NCBI RefSeq assembly: GCF_009914755.1
Contig: NC_060948.1
DNA: 64,000 bases
DNA from: the human T2T-CHM13v2.0 reference genome, Homo sapiens
Direction: 5' to 3' (one strand)
Positions 59,700 to 64,000 of the stretch are shown here, piece by piece. The notes under the pieces were generated by a model. It searched no databases. It had not been told where the DNA came from and saw only the letters and a list, made by a program, of their open reading frames with translations. The position numbers and the translations under genes were made by a program. Numbering within the stretch: position 1 is the stretch's first letter; each line of letters starts with the position of its first letter.

Positions 59700-60795
59700 T
59701 TAAGTATGTATCTTGGTGTTGGTAATTCTGGATTGATGTTCTCAGGAACTTGGTGTGTTATTTCAATATGTTGTTTCAATTTTTTTTTTAGTTTGCATTT
59801 GTTCAGTTATCTTGTTATTGATTTCTTCCTCAGTGATTCTTGTGATTTATATGTTGACTTGCGTTTACATGCTTTCAACATTTGACACTTTTTATTAAAT
59901 CATTATCATATTTTTTAATTTCTTTTTTTTTGCATGTCAAGAAATTTCCTCTGTTTGACCTGTATCTGTTTTGTTTATTTGTCTATTCCTTTGAATTTAG
60001 AAGGAACATTTTTGAAATTAATTTTTTCTTTTATTTCCAATTGTTTTGTTAGTTGTCACTTAAGTTTTTTTTTTAACAATATCTAACTCTGCTTTATATT
60101 GCTCTTTCACGTATTGTATAATTTTCTTAATGTCTGTTAGCTTATTTTTAAATAGTAAGTATTCATTTTAATCAATTTTTATGAGCTGGAGGGATGCTAT
60201 TCTGCTCCTTATTTTTTTTTTAAATCTTATAGTAACTTATGTGAGATTGTCCTCAATAATATTCCATTGCTCATGCTTATGTACAATTAGGTTTCTTAAA
60301 CTTCCAGATGAAGGCAAGATAGTTTTGTAGTTTTGTCTTGGTGTAGTGCCTTGCTCTAGAAGGAAGCCCTGGCTAGTCATTTTCAAATGTATATCAATCT
60401 ACACTACTGTAGTCGCTTCAGTCATAAAAGCTGACCCCTTGAGCTCACTGACTTTTGGAAGGGGCCAAACGCCTCTCAATTTCAGTTACTTTCTCGACTT
60501 TGCCTACTGTGCTTTCCTGTGAACACTTCTTTGCTATTTTGGCATTCTTGTGTTTTCAGGTTCAGCCACCCTATTGTGCCTCTCTGCTCATTTCCACACT
60601 GACCTTGATAACGTCCTGGTCTTGTGGCTATGGGTGGTGTTTTTCTCCACCACTTGTGTTTTAAGAATCATGAGAACACCTTGTCACCTAGTGCAGTTGT
60701 AAATATTGTCTCTGGTTTTTTGGTGTTGCTGTCAGGTTGCTCTGTTTCTCTAAGGAGATTCTGGGAGTTTCAAAAACTGCCATCACCATCATCTT
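59700..60795 (-). mobile_element. HAL1/ancient L1-like remnant
   Basis: T-rich diverged sequence resembling a reverse ORF1-type element; weak. Confidence 0.35.
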
Positions 60796-60861
60796 CTCAG
60801 AATCATCTTTTATTACACTTAGTTTGCTCACAGCTTGAGAAAGATTATCTTGTTTTGGACT

Positions 60862-61000
60862 CTCAACAGCCTTATGGGGCAATTATTTTTATTATTTCTA
60901 TATTTTAGATGAGACAACTGAAGCTAAGTTAAACACAGCTAATATGTGGTGGAGCAAGGACTTAGGTCTGGTAGAAATTAAATCTTATGCTTTTAACTAT
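60862..61000 (-). mobile_element. MIR fragment
   Basis: ctcaacagccttatgggg...attttagatgagacaactgaagct...acacagctaa. Confidence 0.6.
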
Positions 61001-61099
61001 CAGATATCGCTTCACTACTGGTGTAAATGGGGTGTAGTTTGGGGCAGAGTTTGGGAGGAATAACCTATGTTTTTGAATTAAATAATTTTTCCTTAAGTC

Positions 61100-61200
61100 C
61101 AACATTTAATGAGCACTTACAATATGCTAGCTATTGGGTGTAGCCTTGGAAATACAAGAGTGAAAAAAAGTGATGAGATTCTTGTTATCAAGAAGCAATA
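61100..61200 (-). mobile_element. L2 3' fragment
   Basis: caacatttaatgagcacttacaatatgctag...gaaatacaagagtgaa. Confidence 0.5.
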
Positions 61201-62147
61201 AAAATCATTAAATCAGGAGATAGCATTGGCCACACAGGTTGTACCAATATTCATTTGCATGCATAACTAAGCATTTTGAAAACCAGTTTAGATCTGTGTG
61301 CAAAGAAGAACATAACACACCAAGGTGAAATTTGTTGAAGTTTAGAGTCCTTTCAGATTAACAAGTTTGCAAAATCTGTGTTCTCTTTAATTAGTTTCCC
61401 AATGTGATGTGTTAACAGTAGACTGGTTTATATTTTATTAAAAGTAATTTTGAACATATATTACCTAGTGCTTTCAGCGGATGAACAGAAATTGGAAGAG
61501 TATATCCTTTATTAACTTTCTCCTCACCTGTAAGGCTGTGTTTTATTTCAAAAAATAGAAAAAAGCTGCTATGACTATCACTGTTTTGAATCATCCTTTT
61601 ATAGATGAGAAGCTGCAAGTTCAATGAATATTATACATATTTTTAAAAATATTAAGCTATGAATTGTGCTAAAATTCATGTTAGACTCTTGGCTTTTTTC
61701 TCCCCCTCCTTTAGAGAAAGAGTTGGAGGTTAGGGATGCCTCTACATTAAAGTTGTGTTTCTGGGAAGTAATAAATTTAGAACTGATGAAATTAGAAAAA
61801 CCTAATTTTCTCAGGGCCTGAAAATCTGCAGGAAGACTGACAAAACTGCTTTAAAAGGCTGCTTTCGGGAAATAAAAAGAAAGGGACCTGTTAGGGTCTT
61901 CTTCCGTTCCCCTTGGCTGCAGGAGTAATGCTTCTTTCTGGTAATTGGCCTGACTTCATTTACACTTACATTTATTATTAATGTCAAGAATAACATTTTC
62001 TGCTGCTGTGCTTGTTCCATGTAAACTGATCCTCTACAGCATTTTGCCAATCATTATACAGTGCTTGGTTTTTTTTAAGTTTTTCTTGGTGAAGGCGGCA
62101 GAGGAATAATACAGTATTTTATGTCAATAACAACCTCTTGTTTTTCT

Positions 62148-63946
62148 TTCTTCCAGCTTTACGAGGTAAGATTTAACAAATAAAAATTGTATAAATTTAA
62201 GGTATACATTGTTATGTTTTGATACACATATACATTGTGAAATGATTACCACAGTAAAACTAATTAACATGTAAATTACATCACATATTTACCTTTTTGT
62301 GTTTGTGGTGAGAACACTTGAGATCTGCCCTCTTAGCAAATACATTACGTCTCTAGAATTTATTCCTCTTCTAACTGAAAGTTTGTACCCTTTCACCAAC
62401 TTCTTCTCATTTTCCTCACCCTCCCAGCCCTTGGTAATGACCATTCTGCAATCTGTTTCTGAGTTAGAATTTTTAGATTTCACGCTAAGAGAAACAATGT
62501 ACTATTTCTCTTTATGTCTCTAGATTATTTCATTTAGTATAATGTCCTCCATGTTCATCAATGTTGTCACAAATATCAGGATCTCCTTGTTTTTAAGGGC
62601 TGAATAATATTCCATTGTATATATACATTACATTTTCTTTATTCATTTATATATTGATGGACACTTAGGTTGCTTCCATATCTTGGCTATTGTGAATAAT
62701 GCTGCAAAGAACATGAGAACGTAGATATCCCATTAGCATGGTGATTTAATTTCCTTAGGAAATTCCCCAGAAGTGGGATGGCTGAATCACATTGTAGGTC
62801 TATTTTCAAGGTGTCGAGGAACATCCACACTGTTTTCCATAATGGCTGTACGAATTTACATCCCCCCCCCACAGTTTACAAGGGTTCCCTATTCCCCACA
62901 TCTTTGCTAACAATTGATGTTTTTACTGTTTTTTATAATAGCCAATCTAACAGGTAATGGAGTAATATTTCATCATGGTTTTAATTTGCATTTCCCTAAT
63001 GATTAGTGATGTTGCACACATTTTCATGTGCTTGTTAGCCATCATTTTTTTGTCTTTGCAGAAATGACTATTCAAGTCTTTTGCATATTGTTCATTGGAT
63101 TATTCGGTGTTTTATAATCTTTTAAAAGTATTTAGTTGTATGAGTTAGTTATATATTTTAGATATTAACCCCTTATCAGATATGTGATTTGTAAATATGT
63201 CCTCCTATTCTGTAGGTTGCCTTTTCATTTAGTGGTTTCCTTTGCTATGCAGAAATGTTTTAGTTTAATGTAGTTCCAATTGTTTATCTTTGCATTTGTT
63301 GCCTATTCTTTTGGTGTCACGTTAAAAAAGAAAACAAAAAAACAAACAAAAAAAACACTGCTGAGACAAATGTCAAGGAGCTTTCCTCTGTTTTCTTCTA
63401 GGAATTTTACAGTTTTATGAGTTATATTTAAGTCTTAATCAGTTTTGAGTTGATGTTTGTGTGTGATGTAAGATAAGAGTCTATCTTTCTTCTTTTTGAA
63501 TATGGATATCCAGTTTTCCCAGTGCCACTTATTGAGGAGACTATGCTTTCCCTATTGTGCATTCTTGGTACCTTTCTTGAAGATTACTTAACTGTCTATG
63601 TGTGGGTTTATTAATGGACTCTATTCTGTTCCATTGGCCTATGTGTCTGTCTTTATGCCAGTACCATACTGTTTTAATTACTATAGCTTTGTACCATAGT
63701 TTGGACTCAAGTAGTGTAATGCCTCCAGCTTTGTTCTTCTTCCTCAAGAGTCTTTTAGCTATTCTGAGGTTTTTGTGGTTCCATATGAATTTTAGAGTTG
63801 TTTGTGTTCTATTTCCATGAAAAATGCTATTGGGATATTGATAGGAATTGTATTAAGTCTGTACATTGCTTTGGATATCATAGACATGGTAACACTATAA
63901 ATTCTTCCAATCTAAGCACATGGGGTATCTATTTATTTGTATTATC
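62148..63946 (-). mobile_element. L1MA8/9-like 3'UTR and late ORF2
   Basis: ORF2 remnant [40 protein letters not shown]; 3'UTR ttgtggtgagaacacttgagatct. Confidence 0.85.
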
Positions 63947-64000
63947 TTCTTTTTTTTTTTTTTTTTTTTTTTTTTTGAGGCCGAGTCTCACTCTGTCGCC
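63947..64000 (-). mobile_element. Alu 3' end (runs off the window)
   Basis: Poly-T followed by gaggccgagtctcactctgtcgcc. Confidence 0.85.

Overview
AT-rich, repeat-dense primate genomic DNA, most likely human because it holds an L1HS pre-Ta insertion with both diagnostic 3'UTR bases. I find no supportable intact protein-coding gene, RNA gene or CRISPR array. The only gene-derived sequence is a full-length, disabled VDAC1 processed pseudogene (minus strand, ~49.9-51.7 kb) inserted inside a THE1 LTR. The rest is layered transposons: L1 (L1HS, L1PA2, L1PA7/8-like, L1PA13-like, L1PB, L1MA, L1MC/MD), Alu J/S/Y, MaLR (THE1, MST, MLT1), ERV1 LTRs (MER4, MER31, LTR12, MER66-like), MER1B, L2 and MIR, plus microsatellites. 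Nearly all ORFs in the track come from repeats or arise by chance. I do not see a new biological system. The noteworthy signals are retrotransposition footprints: a pre-Ta L1HS without a visible TSD, an L1 3' transduction, two 5'-inverted (twin-primed) L1s, a VDAC1 retrocopy placed in sense just downstream of an LTR TATA-like box, and a microhomology-flanked internal L1 deletion. Subfamily names come from recalled consensus motifs and need RepeatMasker/Dfam confirmation.
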